Assembly: GCA_000934665.2 (NCBI GenBank)
Contig: JYFJ02001400.1
Coordinates: forward strand, 61,579-81,578
Length of the DNA stretch: 20,000 nucleotides
Direction of reading: 5' to 3'
Source: Catajapyx aquilonaris
Lineage: Eukaryota
Part shown: positions 1 through 10,707 of the stretch, piece by piece
Layout: each line of letters begins with the position of its first letter
Numbering within the stretch: position 1 is the first letter of the stretch
Translations under genes and position numbers: made by a program
Notes under the pieces: generated by a model
What the model saw: only the letters and a program-made list of their open reading frames with translations
The model's database searches: none
Told to the model about the DNA's origin: nothing

Positions 1-210
1 AAAATCACTCCACTGATCCAGTATTCTCTGCTGCCTTCTTGCGAGTGAAATAAAGTTAAATAACCGAAACGACAAGCATATTTTCCCACCAAGGGGCCAA
101 AAACTGATCTGGTAAAGCCGAGGCGAGGTGAAAATGAAAATGTAATATTATTATCAGGAGTAAAAATACACCGGGCCTTACGGAAGTTTGCCGGGAGCGG
201 CCTTTAGAGT

Positions 211-247
211 CTGTTATAACCAAAGCTGTTATATCCGGAGTCAACTG
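211..247 (-). mobile_element. Terminal inverted repeat of a pogo/Tigger-like (Tc1/mariner) element; other end outside the window
   Basis: Reverse complement reads TA-CAGTTGACTCCGGATATAACAGCTTTGGTTATAACAG: TA target, CAGT start and a duplicated TATAAC motif typical of pogo-like TIRs. Confidence 0.55.
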
Positions 248-1472
248 TAATATAATTAGCCTATTGACAAACAAATGGCTGCGAAATTACCAAATGAAGT
301 ACGACGCACATGCAACCCGATTCAAATAATATAACGAGTTACGTACACTTTTGATTTAACTTCAGAAAATCCCGGGGCCTGACGCCTGCAATCCGGAAAA
401 TGAGAAAAGACGCATAATTTTCTTGGAATATATAGGGTACCATATGCATAATTATAGGCTAGTCTGGTCTGCCACGCATATCTCGATTGAATGTCACGTG
501 TGGGCAGTAATCAATAAAAACCAAAAGAAATAGAAATAGACTCTTGAAGTATAGGCATGTTTTCTATTTTTTTCCGTAATTTTGACCAAATTAAACAGGA
601 AGTATCAATTATATTTCTTCAGCATTTGTGACAGGCACTGACAAGTAAGTCTATTCTAATCAACTAGATCCAAAGTACTTTTTAATAATACCAGAAAATA
701 ATAATGAAAGTTTTCTGACGAATTGCTTTTACTCGGCCTTGGCCGCATGCGATCCAGTCTTCGCATTTTGCATAATTTGGGAATATTCTGTTGTCTCTCT
801 AAAAGACAAAAACTAATAATTAAGCCTTTTTACACATTTGCCAATAATGCTAGTACCACAGAGAATAATAAATCCATTATTATCCAAGCAAATGCACAGA
901 ATAAGGTTGGGGGTGACACCATTTACGAACGTGGTGTCGGTTTAGCTTATTCTTCCAGGCGCCATGGTGCAGCTTGTTCAAATACATGCTGAGTCATTGA
1001 CTCTTGATAGACTCAACATGAAAGTGTCCAGTATGCGTAGGTGTATCAACTCCCACATGAGCTGCAAAGACGGAAAATTGCGGTATTTTTGCGACTGGAA
1101 TAGAAATTGCTAAAACTTGCGTATGTGTTATTGGCAACATGTAGCTCAAAGCTTGATACGGCTCGAACTGTGCAAAATGCCAATTTTATATGCTTCAGAG
1201 CTTTTGCTATAAGCTGGGTACAGACTGTGAGTCTCGATTTCCAGATTACACTTAACTAAATTATGCAAAAAAAAACAACACAAAAACTATCATATACCCT
1301 TAGGCTACTTATCATCAGTGTACAGCATGCTGCTTCACATACGCGCAGGTTCTGTATACTGAACTGTACACAGCCGCACAATCTCTTCCAGAGTCTCGTG
1401 TAGGCGCATGTTATGCTCCAGTGAAAGAAACAGAGCCTCAGAGGCTGCGTCATTACTATTTTTTAAAAACAT

Positions 1473-1561
1473 AATTGAAGGAGGCCGTGCAAAGAGGGGC
1501 ATGAGTCATGTGTCTGTCCGTTTGACTCGGCCGTGCCCCTCTTGCACTGCACCATTCAATT
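1473..1561. repeat. Imperfect inverted repeat/hairpin upstream of the plus-strand gene
   Basis: gtgcaaagaggggcat-gagtca (1487-1508) pairs with tgactcggccgtgcccctcttgcac (1523-1547); outer aattgaa/ttcaatt also pair. Confidence 0.6.
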
Positions 1562-1968
1562 TGTGCTTATCAAAGCATTTGGCTTCACAGATAAGCAAGG
1601 GTAGCTCTACACTCACATTATGCAAACTTGGGGAGTTTTTTTTAAAATGACTATGAAGCCGCTTACAATTTCCTTCATGTGCAATCCAGGTATACTATAA
1701 TCCGGTATAATATATGTTCGTTCTTTGTATACGTACGAAACTGCGAACACGATGCAGTTGTCATATACTTTTCCATAAGTATAAAGGTAAGGCGTATAAA
1801 AATGATGCATAGATCCCTCTCTGCGTTTTTTGCAATTATTTTTTTAAAAAATGGTTTTCGAATATTTCCCGGGGGTTCAGGTAGTATGTAGTTTGCGATT
1901 AAACCGTTTGGGAGCAGCAGTGGTTAGGCGACGCTGCTGCTCTCTGGCCGATCGCCGGGGAACTAATC

Positions 1969-1978
1969 CACTTCCGGT
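1969..1978. promoter_or_regulatory. ETS-type motif CACTTCCGGT in a CpG-rich putative promoter/5' region of the plus-strand gene
   Basis: Consensus ACCGGAAGTG on the minus strand, 12 nt before the candidate ATG at 1990, inside the CpG-rich stretch that begins near 1900. Confidence 0.4.
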
Positions 1979-1989
1979 CCCCGCCAAAA

Positions 1990-2085
1990 ATGGTCGCAAT
2001 CCGACGCCGAAGACGCCGACCACGTGCTGCACGAAGATGGACCATGCCGGCCGTAGGAAGCTTGAAACCACTTGGGAATGTCGGG
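1990..2085 (+). CDS. Probable first coding exon of the uncharacterised plus-strand gene (MVAIRRRRRRPRAARRWTMPAVGSLKPLGNVG)
   Basis: ATG in gccaaaaATGG context. Phase-0 donor GGG|gtaggc at 2086 is compatible with the phase-0 acceptor ttacaacag|GTG at 2192/2193. Alternative start is the in-frame ATG at 2181 with no intron. Confidence 0.45.
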
Positions 2086-2192
2086 GTAGGCGGCCAGGGT
2101 TGCAGGCCACAACTGAGCGCAATTTGGGATTGTTACATGGCCGTTACCGTTAAGTTCATAACTTACTTTTGTGAGCCACAATGTTACAACAG

Positions 2193-3839
2193 GTGTTGAC
2201 CCTTGCAGGCCCGAACAACCAGCTGTACTTTCCGTACCCGCCGCCTCCGTACAACATGTGCACCCAGGGCGCATTCCTCGTGCAGTACCCGCCGCAGTAC
2301 CTGTACGGCTTCAATACTCCACCGCCCCCGGTCATGCAGATGCCCTACACAAACGGCGTACCGTCTGTCCCTGCCAGCCATACACTCAGCCCGCAGATGG
2401 TTCCGCCACCCCCAGGCTACCGGGACCCTCGCCTGAAGAAGCAGTGTGACGCACAGTCCCCTACCGGAGGGAGTGCTGCAGCCGGATCACCAGACCAGCC
2501 GGTGTCGGCTGCTTCCACATCCCTCGAGGATCATTCGAGCTCATCCCCACCTGTTCCCGTCCAGGAGCAAGGGATTTTGTTGCTGTCCAGGACAACTCAT
2601 TATACAAAGTTCGACCGTTATGATCCTCAGCTCCTGGACACTCAGCTGCCACGGTATCCATACCTGTTCCCTGCTGCTGTTTGCATCTCGAGGATTAGTT
2701 ACCTGAGGGATCCGAGAGAAGACGATGAGAGGGCGAGAAGGTTGAAGGAACATGACAAGAGGCGTTGTGATGGGGAAAAAGAGGAAGCTCGCAGCAGGGG
2801 CACGGAGGAAAACCGGGAAAAGCAGTTAAGGCGCAAGCAGCAGTGGGAGGTAATGAAGAAGAGGTTGAACTTGGGAGGAGAGACTGAAGAAGATGCGGAT
2901 GACTTGTTGCCCCATTCCGTGGACATTGTTGAATGCTCTGAGGCCATGTCACCCATTGCTGATACGAATCAACCTGGCGAAATTCCCATCATGTCCCCAC
3001 ATGATAACAGCCAGGATTATTCTCCATGGGATTCTGATGAAGACGATGCTTTGCGCATATGTGAGTCACCACCTGAGGACACGCAGACTTCAGAAAATAC
3101 TGCGCTTCAGCAGGAAGACAAGCAGAATGAAGAAAGGGTTGCAACGTCCAAAGAAGAAGAGTCACCAAACTACCAGGGTGCCATAGAACATTTCGCAACC
3201 TTGGAAGAAGCAGTTCTTGGGATCCAGCTGCATCAGGAGGCGGTGTTTGAGGCCCAGAAAATGCAGCCAAAAGAAGTGTCAGAGAGCCAGAAGACTGTGG
3301 ATGTATTGGAGAACCAAGGTATGGAGAATGGAGTAAGGGACCAATTGGAGGAGCGACCTATGGACTTGGACAGTGGGGATGGACCAGAAGACCAGGTAGA
3401 TGGGAGTGAAGAAAAGGATGAAGCGGATGGAGGCAGACCAGATGACCAGGGTAGACTGGAGGACCACGAGACTGAAGAAAACACTTTGAACAAGCCATCG
3501 CTTGCCATTGCTCAGTTGAGTGTGGAGGAGATGATGTTGGAAATATGCGGCTCCCCACTGAAGAACCTAGAGAACGGCACGGATCCTAACTCGTCGCCTA
3601 TCCCGCCGCAAAAAGCAGAAGATGTGATGGAAGTAATATTTGGTGCCCCAGTGACACAGAACCAAACGAATGACAAGATTCCTGACAGACTACAAGAAAC
3701 CCCAGTGGAACCAGCGGAACCAGTGAATGTGATGGAAGAAAGAGATCCTGATTTGCCCTGCAGCTCTCCACAAGACATGTTGGAAGAAATGATTCCTATC
3801 CCAGTACAACAAGCACCAGTAGTAAAAGAGAATCTCCAT
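2193..3839 (+). CDS. Large exon of an uncharacterised low-complexity protein (Pro/Tyr-rich N-part, charged helix, long acidic Ser-Pro-rich region)
   Basis: 584-codon ORF 2181-3935 with coding-like composition. Strong donor CAT|gtaagt at 3840 (phase 0); the ORF tail after it looks intronic. Confidence 0.85.
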
Positions 3840-4247
3840 GTAAGTGTTTCCATTCCCAGTCGTAAACCCTTCATTGCATTTTGTTTATTGGACATGGGAT
3901 CAGACAAAGAAGCATGTTGGAGCATTTGTTATTGAAGTTTGCGTAAACATTGCATCTAGAGCGGCTCTACAGGAATACAGCAGTTTGGGTCGCAAATGTT
4001 GTAGCGCTGCAATGAATGAAAGGGGACAAGAATTGCCTTAAGACTCCTACTGGGGAAGCCCACCCACACCTGCTCAGTCACTCGCAAATTAATTAATTTT
4101 ATAACTTAAAATGTCCCCATTGACTTACTTTTTGAGTAGAAATTCTTGGAAAGGTTTGGGAAAAGCCTGCCACTCTGAAATCAGAAGGTTGGCGTAATTG
4201 GCTTTTTGTGGGATTCAACGATAAATTGACTGTACTCTTCTTTTAAG

Positions 4248-4446
4248 GTTCCTAGTAGCAGACATGAAACTACGCCAGTGTCAGCACGACCTGGTACGTC
4301 AGAAGCAGAGGTCGTGTTCACCAGAGACTCATCCCACCACAAATCTACTGAATCTTTTCGTAGCACTACAAAGATGAAGAGGAAGACGAAGGAGAAGAGG
4401 AAGAAGAAAAAGAAGACTGCTGTTGCCAGGAAGAGGGAATGGAATG
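4248..4446 (+). CDS. Internal exon of the uncharacterised gene (VPSSRHETTP...KMKRKTKEKRKKKKKTAVARKREWN), basic NLS-like tract
   Basis: Acceptor ctcttcttttaag|GTT (phase 0, matches the previous donor), open frame, donor G|gtaagt at 4447 (phase 1). Confidence 0.8.
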
Positions 4447-4842
4447 GTAAGTCCTGCAGCAAATTGTGTTGTTGTATACACGGGTGAAAAATATGAGCAA
4501 GATAACGTAATCAGGTCAAAGTTGAATTAGAGAGGTGAGGCATCAGATGATATGCCGCACTCTCTCTTCTGCACAAAGTTTGTCCACAGCAGAAAGCTTT
4601 TATTGGAAGGAGAGAGGAGCATAACATGGATCTCACCTGATCTTGGACCTGGACAATAATTTGGAGTAGTTGTTCCTGATAATGTATGATGAAAATCATG
4701 TCATTGGGTCAGTTTTGTCCTTATCTATTCTTATATTGCAGAAATTTGCATTCACTACAGGATGAGTAGGTAATTTTTTTTTCTTCTTTTTTTTTAGCAA
4801 TGTAAAGTAATGCCTGATTTTTGGTGGAGTTGGATATTGGTC

Positions 4843-4980
4843 ACATTGCTAAACTCAGCCGGTGTTGCAGCAAAACAAAAGAGTAACAATAAAATAACAA
4901 AGAGTAATCTTGTGATTATAATATTGTTACTCATTTGTTTCGCTTTCTTTTGTTGTGGCAGCGGCTGAGTTTAGCAACGT
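4843..4980. mobile_element. Small MITE-like palindromic element (138 bp)
   Basis: acattgctaaactcagccg (4843-4861) vs cggctgagtttagcaacgt (4962-4980), 18/19 inverted match; inner gagtaacaat/attgttactc also pair. Confidence 0.7.
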
Positions 4981-6144
4981 ACTGAAGGCACTTATCAACA
5001 GCAAATCCCAAGGAAGTGGTTGTTATGTGGTATTAATTGTTTAGCATATTGTTACTTACCAACAATGAAAAGAATTATTAACAAACAGTGGCAAACAGGA
5101 CAAAACTGACGTGAGATTATCTTTTTTGACCTTATATTATTAGGAACTAAATTTCCACTGGCAATATATTGTGGCATTCCAAGGAAAAAACAGTGCAGGG
5201 AGGGCTTCTTCACACGGAATATATTTGCAGAGTGATGGATTGTCATAGTGCACGGCATTAAAAATCATAATTTATGATTTTTAGCTCATTTAACTTTCCT
5301 GTGCCAGCAACAATCCATGTGTTCCACATATTTACAGTACGTAGCATCATTAAGGAACACTTGGACAAAAAAATGATGGCAGGGCTGCCACTCTGTTACT
5401 ATTTGCTACTATTTATTCAGGGGTTACTGTTTACTTCCTTTTTTAAAAGTTATGATTACATTTGGTCACCTTTTTCTTGCAATCTCTAAAAATGTTACAT
5501 ATATTTTGTGTTGGGCAGTTCATTGGTGTCTTGTTGGAAGCAACTATGGAATTGGCCGTGCACAAGTGCTATGGAGGGAGAAGCAGGGGAAATTCCCCCA
5601 TGGCCCACACTCTTCCTTACAGACTACTCTTCCCTCTCCTTGTGCATGGCCAATTATTATTATCCCATTGTCCCTTCTAACAATGACCCTGCTGAACTGC
5701 CCAACAGGAAGTGCATCATTCTAAAGTACAAAGTTGCATGTTTCCCTGGAGCAGTAGCTAGAAAAATCCTATTTCACGTTCCCAGTGATTTATTCTCATT
5801 GTTGCGTAATTATAATTAAGTAATTGTTGAAGGGGGAGTTTAAAAATTATTTTTTGAGAGACTTACTGTGCACACACCTAGGTCATCGTTGAGCCATGGG
5901 ACAATTTTATTGGTCATCCATATAAGACAAGGAAAATTCTGAAACTTTTTCTTTTGTCAGAGGTGCTTAAAAATGGGTGTCTTTTTAACAAGACGTGGTT
6001 TGTCTTTTTAAACTGGCCATTGACATTGGCATTTATTACTACCTAGTTAAAGTTATCGAACCAGCCTTTCTGATAATTAATTTTCCAAATTTCCAAATTG
6101 AGATGACTATATTTAGAGGACATGTCTGGCACATATATTTTTAT

Positions 6145-7206
6145 GGCTTGGGTGCAGTTTAGAGCCGCAAAAATCTTGCAGGTTTCTGTACATTTTCTGA
6201 ATCTACTCGATGAGCTGAGTCGAATGACACTATTCCTAGTGTGCGGAAATGTTTGGTTCAAGAGTAATTGAATTTTGAAATTGCATGTAATAACAATGAA
6301 TAAAATGAAAGTAAACAAGTGTTCCTTTGTTGAGACTGTTCACTCCCATTGTTGCGTCAGGTGATTCTCCGTGGAAACGTGAGAGATTCCATGGAAACGT
6401 GCTGTGAGGGATGCTGAATGATGTAAATAAACGGTTGTTCTTGGTTCGTTGGACATAGAACGAGAGTGTATGAGTTTAATTTAACATCATTCAGGAGCGT
6501 CCATGGCCGAGGCATTGCATCGGTGCTTATCAGGAATAATTGGGCAAGCCGTCCTGGAAGTAATGAGGGAGGTTGCTTGGTATCTCCTGGGCCACTGCTC
6601 GAGGCCTCTTGCCCGCCAACAAGTGTTGCCGTAAAATGAATCCTAAGCTTTTACTCAAGGCATGCCCCACTCTGATTGTGTTGGTGTTATCTGTGAGGCG
6701 TTGGTGTGACCGCACCAGTACTGTCCGTCTTGTGGCCCTGCCAGGCACGGTACGTCGCCTGTGCGTGATATTTTTAGTTTTTGCGGAGCGATAGCGGAGC
6801 TGGGCGCTTATTGTGGGTTTCTGTATCCGCAACATTTACTGTCCGTCTTGTGGCGCCGCAGGCCAACGAACGTTATTGTGGCTTTGCCACATCCACATCC
6901 GCAACACCCACATCTACGCCACCACAAGGCGGACACTATTTCTGCGAACACACAACCCCCAAACTACGTTTAAAATTATCATGGATATTCATTCACTCAA
7001 CAATGGGAGTAAACTGTTTCAACAAAGGAACACTTGTTTATTTTCATTTATTCATTGTTATTACTTGCAATTTCAAAATTCAATTACTCTTGCACCAAGC
7101 ATTTCCGCACACTAGGAATAGTGTCATTCGACACATCTCATCGAGTAGATTCAGAAAATATATAGAAACCTGGAAGACTTTTGCGGCTCTAAACTGCACC
7201 CTTACC
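6145..7206. mobile_element. Non-autonomous DNA transposon with ~210-bp TIRs and 8-bp TSD (Merlin-like, or Mutator-like)
   Basis: Arms 6145-6354 and 6998-7206 are closely matching inverted copies. TSD atttttat at 6137-6144 and 7207-7214. The right TIR begins GGTAAGGGTGCAG, fitting the Merlin GGNRM consensus. Confidence 0.8.
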
Positions 7207-7515
7207 ATTTTTATAGTTTGCAAATATCGAATAATTTCAGTTTCCCATAATTTGCATAAATCTCAAATGAAAATTTTTCCTTATCATTTTAAGTGGCATT
7301 GAAAATAAATCGTAGGGGCCATCAAGACAGAGAGAGTGAAAATACCTTTCAAATTCATGTGTCAAGTTAAAGATTTGTCCAGTTTTTCTGGAAGTTATGC
7401 AAGGAGCAAAAATACTCGAAAATTGGCACATCTTGGCACCCTGTAGTTTGAAACTACTCGTAGCCGAATACTTTGTTTTACCTGCGAAGAACAAAAAATG
7501 TAATGATGCCATTAG

Positions 7516-8290
7516 CTCCTTCGCTACCAGATAGGCCCTAACCACACAGAATTTGGCTTACGCGTACTCCGAAGATATGGACAAGATATTTTACACATAA
7601 TAACAGCTATACTTACCCGATCTGGGAAAACACTATGAATGTGTCCGGAACAATTTTACTCATCTAGAAGTCCCTAAATTAATTTCCTAAGAAAGGCTGT
7701 AAAAACTCGAAATTCGAGTCCTGCCGACCAACTGTTAGGCCGATTTAATTATGATATGCGTGAAAATATGCGGAACAACTTTGAGAACCATGACAGATGA
7801 ATTTGTTGAAATCGTCGTACTTTGCGAGAAATAAATAAATACATATATTTTTTTGCTGCTTTTTGATACATCGGAAAACGGCCATTTATTTTCTTCTCGT
7901 GAAGTACGATGATTTCAGAAAATTCATCTCATACTCATTTTGGGAGTTTTCCTTAGTGCCAGAAAGCTGCATATAAGTATTAATTTATTTCCCGCAAAGT
8001 ATGACGATTTCAGAAAATTTGTCTGGCATGGTTCTCACGGTTGTTATTCAGCATATTTTCACGCATTTCATAATTAAATCGGCCTAACAGCTGGTGGGCA
8101 GTACTCAAATTTCGAGTTTTCATAGCCTGTCTTTGGAAATTAATTTAGCGACTTCTAGACGAGTAAAATTGTTCCTGACACATTCATAGTGTTTTCCCAG
8201 ATCGGGTAAGTATAGGTGTTATTATTTATAAAATATCTTGTCGGTATATTCGTAGTCTGAGTGGTTCGGGCCTATCTGGTAGGGAAGAGG
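7516..8290. mobile_element. Foldback MITE with ~320-bp arms, possibly piggyBac-derived
   Basis: 7516-7846 is an inverted copy of 7971-8290 (e.g. ctatacttacccgatctgggaaaacactatgaatgtgtc / gacacattcatagtgttttcccagatcgggtaagtatag). Flanks TTAG (7512-7515) and TGAA (8291-8294) are each one change from TTAA. A partial third copy lies at about 7884-7929. Confidence 0.85.
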
Positions 8291-8596
8291 TGAAGGGAGA
8301 CAAGGAGACAAGGAGGTAATTCTGAATGATTCTGAAGAATAAAATTCATGTTGCACACATATGGCATTGCTTGTGGGAATGATGTATTTCGGTTACTTTT
8401 TGGTTACTATTTTACTGCTTTGAATTTACTATTTACTATAATATTTTTTAAAAAAAGAATGGCAGCCCTGTGATGGCAGTTCATGACAGAATTGATTTGG
8501 GAATGGGTTATTATACTTCAACTAGACGTTGAGTTACGGACCCTATTCTATAGCTGTAACACACAAGACAAAATTAAGGTTGATTCCTTGTTGTAG

Positions 8597-9768
8597 GGAA
8601 ACCTGAAGATGACAACAGTGACTCCAGCATTAAGTCAGCTGGAGTGTGCCAACAGAGTACAAAGACCATGACTGACATATTGGGGGAAACAGTCCAAAGC
8701 AGCTTGACTGAGACTAATTCGCGTAAGAAACGCCACAAGACTGACATATTCAGGAAGATTGCCATAAGACTGCCTGGCAAAAAGGGCGCTTCTCCTGAAA
8801 AGTCATACGGAGAGGTCCCTCTGGCAACACAAGAATCACCCATGGAGGTATCAGGTGAAGATTGTACGACACCATCTCAAACTGCTGGGAGGGCAGTGGA
8901 GGAGTGTCAGGGTCATGAAACACTTGCCTGCAGCCAAGAAGAAATTGACGGGATTCCTGCCAAAGAAGCTGCGATGGGGAGTGATGGCCACAGAGAGGAA
9001 GGCACGACCAACATGCCTGGCACTGTGGAAACTCAGTCAGAAACCAACATTATACACGTTTACAAGCGGAAATTCCGCAAACAATCCCTGGCCCGTCGCC
9101 GCCAAATTCTAAACAGCAGCTTTTCCTCCGATGAGCATCCATGTGAGATAGATTGTCATGCCATGGAACGGTATCAGAACGAGGTTTCGTCCCACCGGCG
9201 GCGGTCTGACAGCGGCAACATGTCATCTGATGAACCACCCCTAGTGAAGTATAGGCGTATCATCCCGCTAGCCAAGTACATTGAGCAGGAAGCTGCCAAG
9301 GTGGCAAAAAAGGTGGAAAAGAAGGTGACAAAATATGCCACTGCGTGTGTGACCAACACTGCTACTGCTGCTACTCAGCCCATCCAGAATCCGCAGCAAA
9401 CGGTGACGAAAGATGCAACTGCCACCAACACTGCTGCTGTTACTACTGGGCCCGTCCAGAAGAAGACGGTTGGAGCCACAAACTCTGGTGTTAGAAGACC
9501 AGGTCCATTGAGCAAGACCATGTTCAGGATGCCAGGGGAGGAATCCTGGGAATGGAAAAAACGCCAGGAAGCAGTGCAGGCCAAGAGATGCGAGGAACAG
9601 GGGAACAGTTTCATCATCGTTGGAAGCATTGAGTCATGTCTTGGGTGTGGGACGGAACTGCCCCGAGACTGCTCGTATGATGTCACCGACTGGTCGATAA
9701 CGATTCATTGCAAAAAGTGTAACATGACCACCGTCATGAAGAACGTGTTCGAAACCGATAGCATATAA
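8597..9768 (+). CDS. Terminal coding exon of the uncharacterised gene, ends with a CLGC-x20-CKKC putative zinc ribbon
   Basis: Acceptor ttccttgttgtag|GG is phase 1, matching the donor at 4446. Open frame continues into the 374-aa ORF 8644-9768 (TAA). Extra small exons in the 4.1-kb intron cannot be excluded. Confidence 0.8.
9325..9461 (+). repeat. Intragenic tandem duplication encoding VTKYATACVTNTATAATQPIQ / VTKDATATNTAAVTTGPVQ
   Basis: Two diverged nucleotide copies at 9325-9389 and 9403-9461, frame preserved. Confidence 0.7.
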
Positions 9769-10707
9769 TTTTGTGTACAATTGTTCAGGAAATTGTTTGT
9801 TGTATTTAGTAGCATTTAAGGGATGATTGCAGGGTTGCTCAATGAGAAAATACTCCAGATTAAGAAGGGTGGCCCAAGTCAAGCAACCTCCAGTCTCACA
9901 GAGATGCGATGTTGCTTGGCGGCAGTGGGGTGCCACTTCATACTCCTTTTTCGTCTCTCCCAAAGGGCAGGGATGCATGGTTGGGAGTAAATGCTGCGCT
10001 CATGGAAATGGTTACAATCATATACCTATTCCAGAGGTGGCAGCAGATATTTTTAATCGCCTAACACATGCTCATTTGGCTTCACGGACCAATTAATTTT
10101 TCTTGGTATACTTTTTTTCCCATGTAAATATGTGCACCATGGAAAGGAGTGGTTTTCTTTCAAGTACAAAAAAGACAACATGTGGCATCCACAAACTTCT
10201 CCTGGGCAATCCAATAAGACAATAATGGTCGTTTTTAAGGGAATTTGCCCAGACAAATGGAGATCAAAGGTATATTTTGTTTCTTCCTGAAGTCAGTGGA
10301 TACTGCGGAGTATTACAGTTGATTGGAAAGGGGGAGAGAAACTGACTTGCTCTCCACAACCCACATAATAGCTCAAGGAAATGTGGGCTCTGTTGAGCAC
10401 AAGTGCCAAAGAAAGCTTTCCCCCCCCCCTTCATACTTGGAGGAGTGTATAGACATAATTTTTTTGTCATAGAGGGTGGCAGGAAAAGTGCAATAATCTT
10501 AGGTTTTTAAAAGTATCAATAATAGAGATGGTTTTGGTCAATTTAGACTCCAATGCAGAGATCATGAACTTGCATCTATTGTCATGCCGCTCTTGTACAT
10601 GTGTACCTGGTTGGTATAGAGCCGTGGCAATGAAAACAAGCAACTACTCTAGTACTGTTCATTGTCCTGCATCATTTGCGTGTCATTGCCAGTGAAAGTA
10701 CACTATA

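Larger units (their letters stand above)
5380..8470. mobile_element. Outer TIR element (hAT-like ends CAGGGCTGCCA...TGGCAGCCCTG) with 6-bp direct flanks, interrupted by nested insertions
   Basis: Perfect 11-bp TIR at 5380-5390 and 8460-8470, flanked by tgatgg at 5374-5379 and 8471-8476. Both subterminal regions carry TTACT(A) repeats. Confidence 0.7.

Noticed and set aside
3840..3935. C-terminal VSVSIPSRKPFIAFCLLDMGSDKEACWSICY tail of the 584-aa ORF
   Set aside because: It follows a consensus GTAAGT donor and changes composition, so it is most likely run-on into the intron.
4742..4769. Possible 28-nt microexon (ttgcag|AAATT...AGTAG|gtaat)
   Set aside because: It would change phase 1 to phase 2 and break the frame with the 8597 exon; no further support without RNA data.
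5552..5880. Possible additional hAT-like remnant (ggccgtgcaca ... tgtgcacacaccta)
   Set aside because: Ends too degenerate and no TSD found.
6781..7302. 173-aa ORF and its similar 91-aa counterpart at 6043-6318 on the minus strand
   Set aside because: Their similarity simply reflects the two TIR arms of the transposon; no protein-like features.
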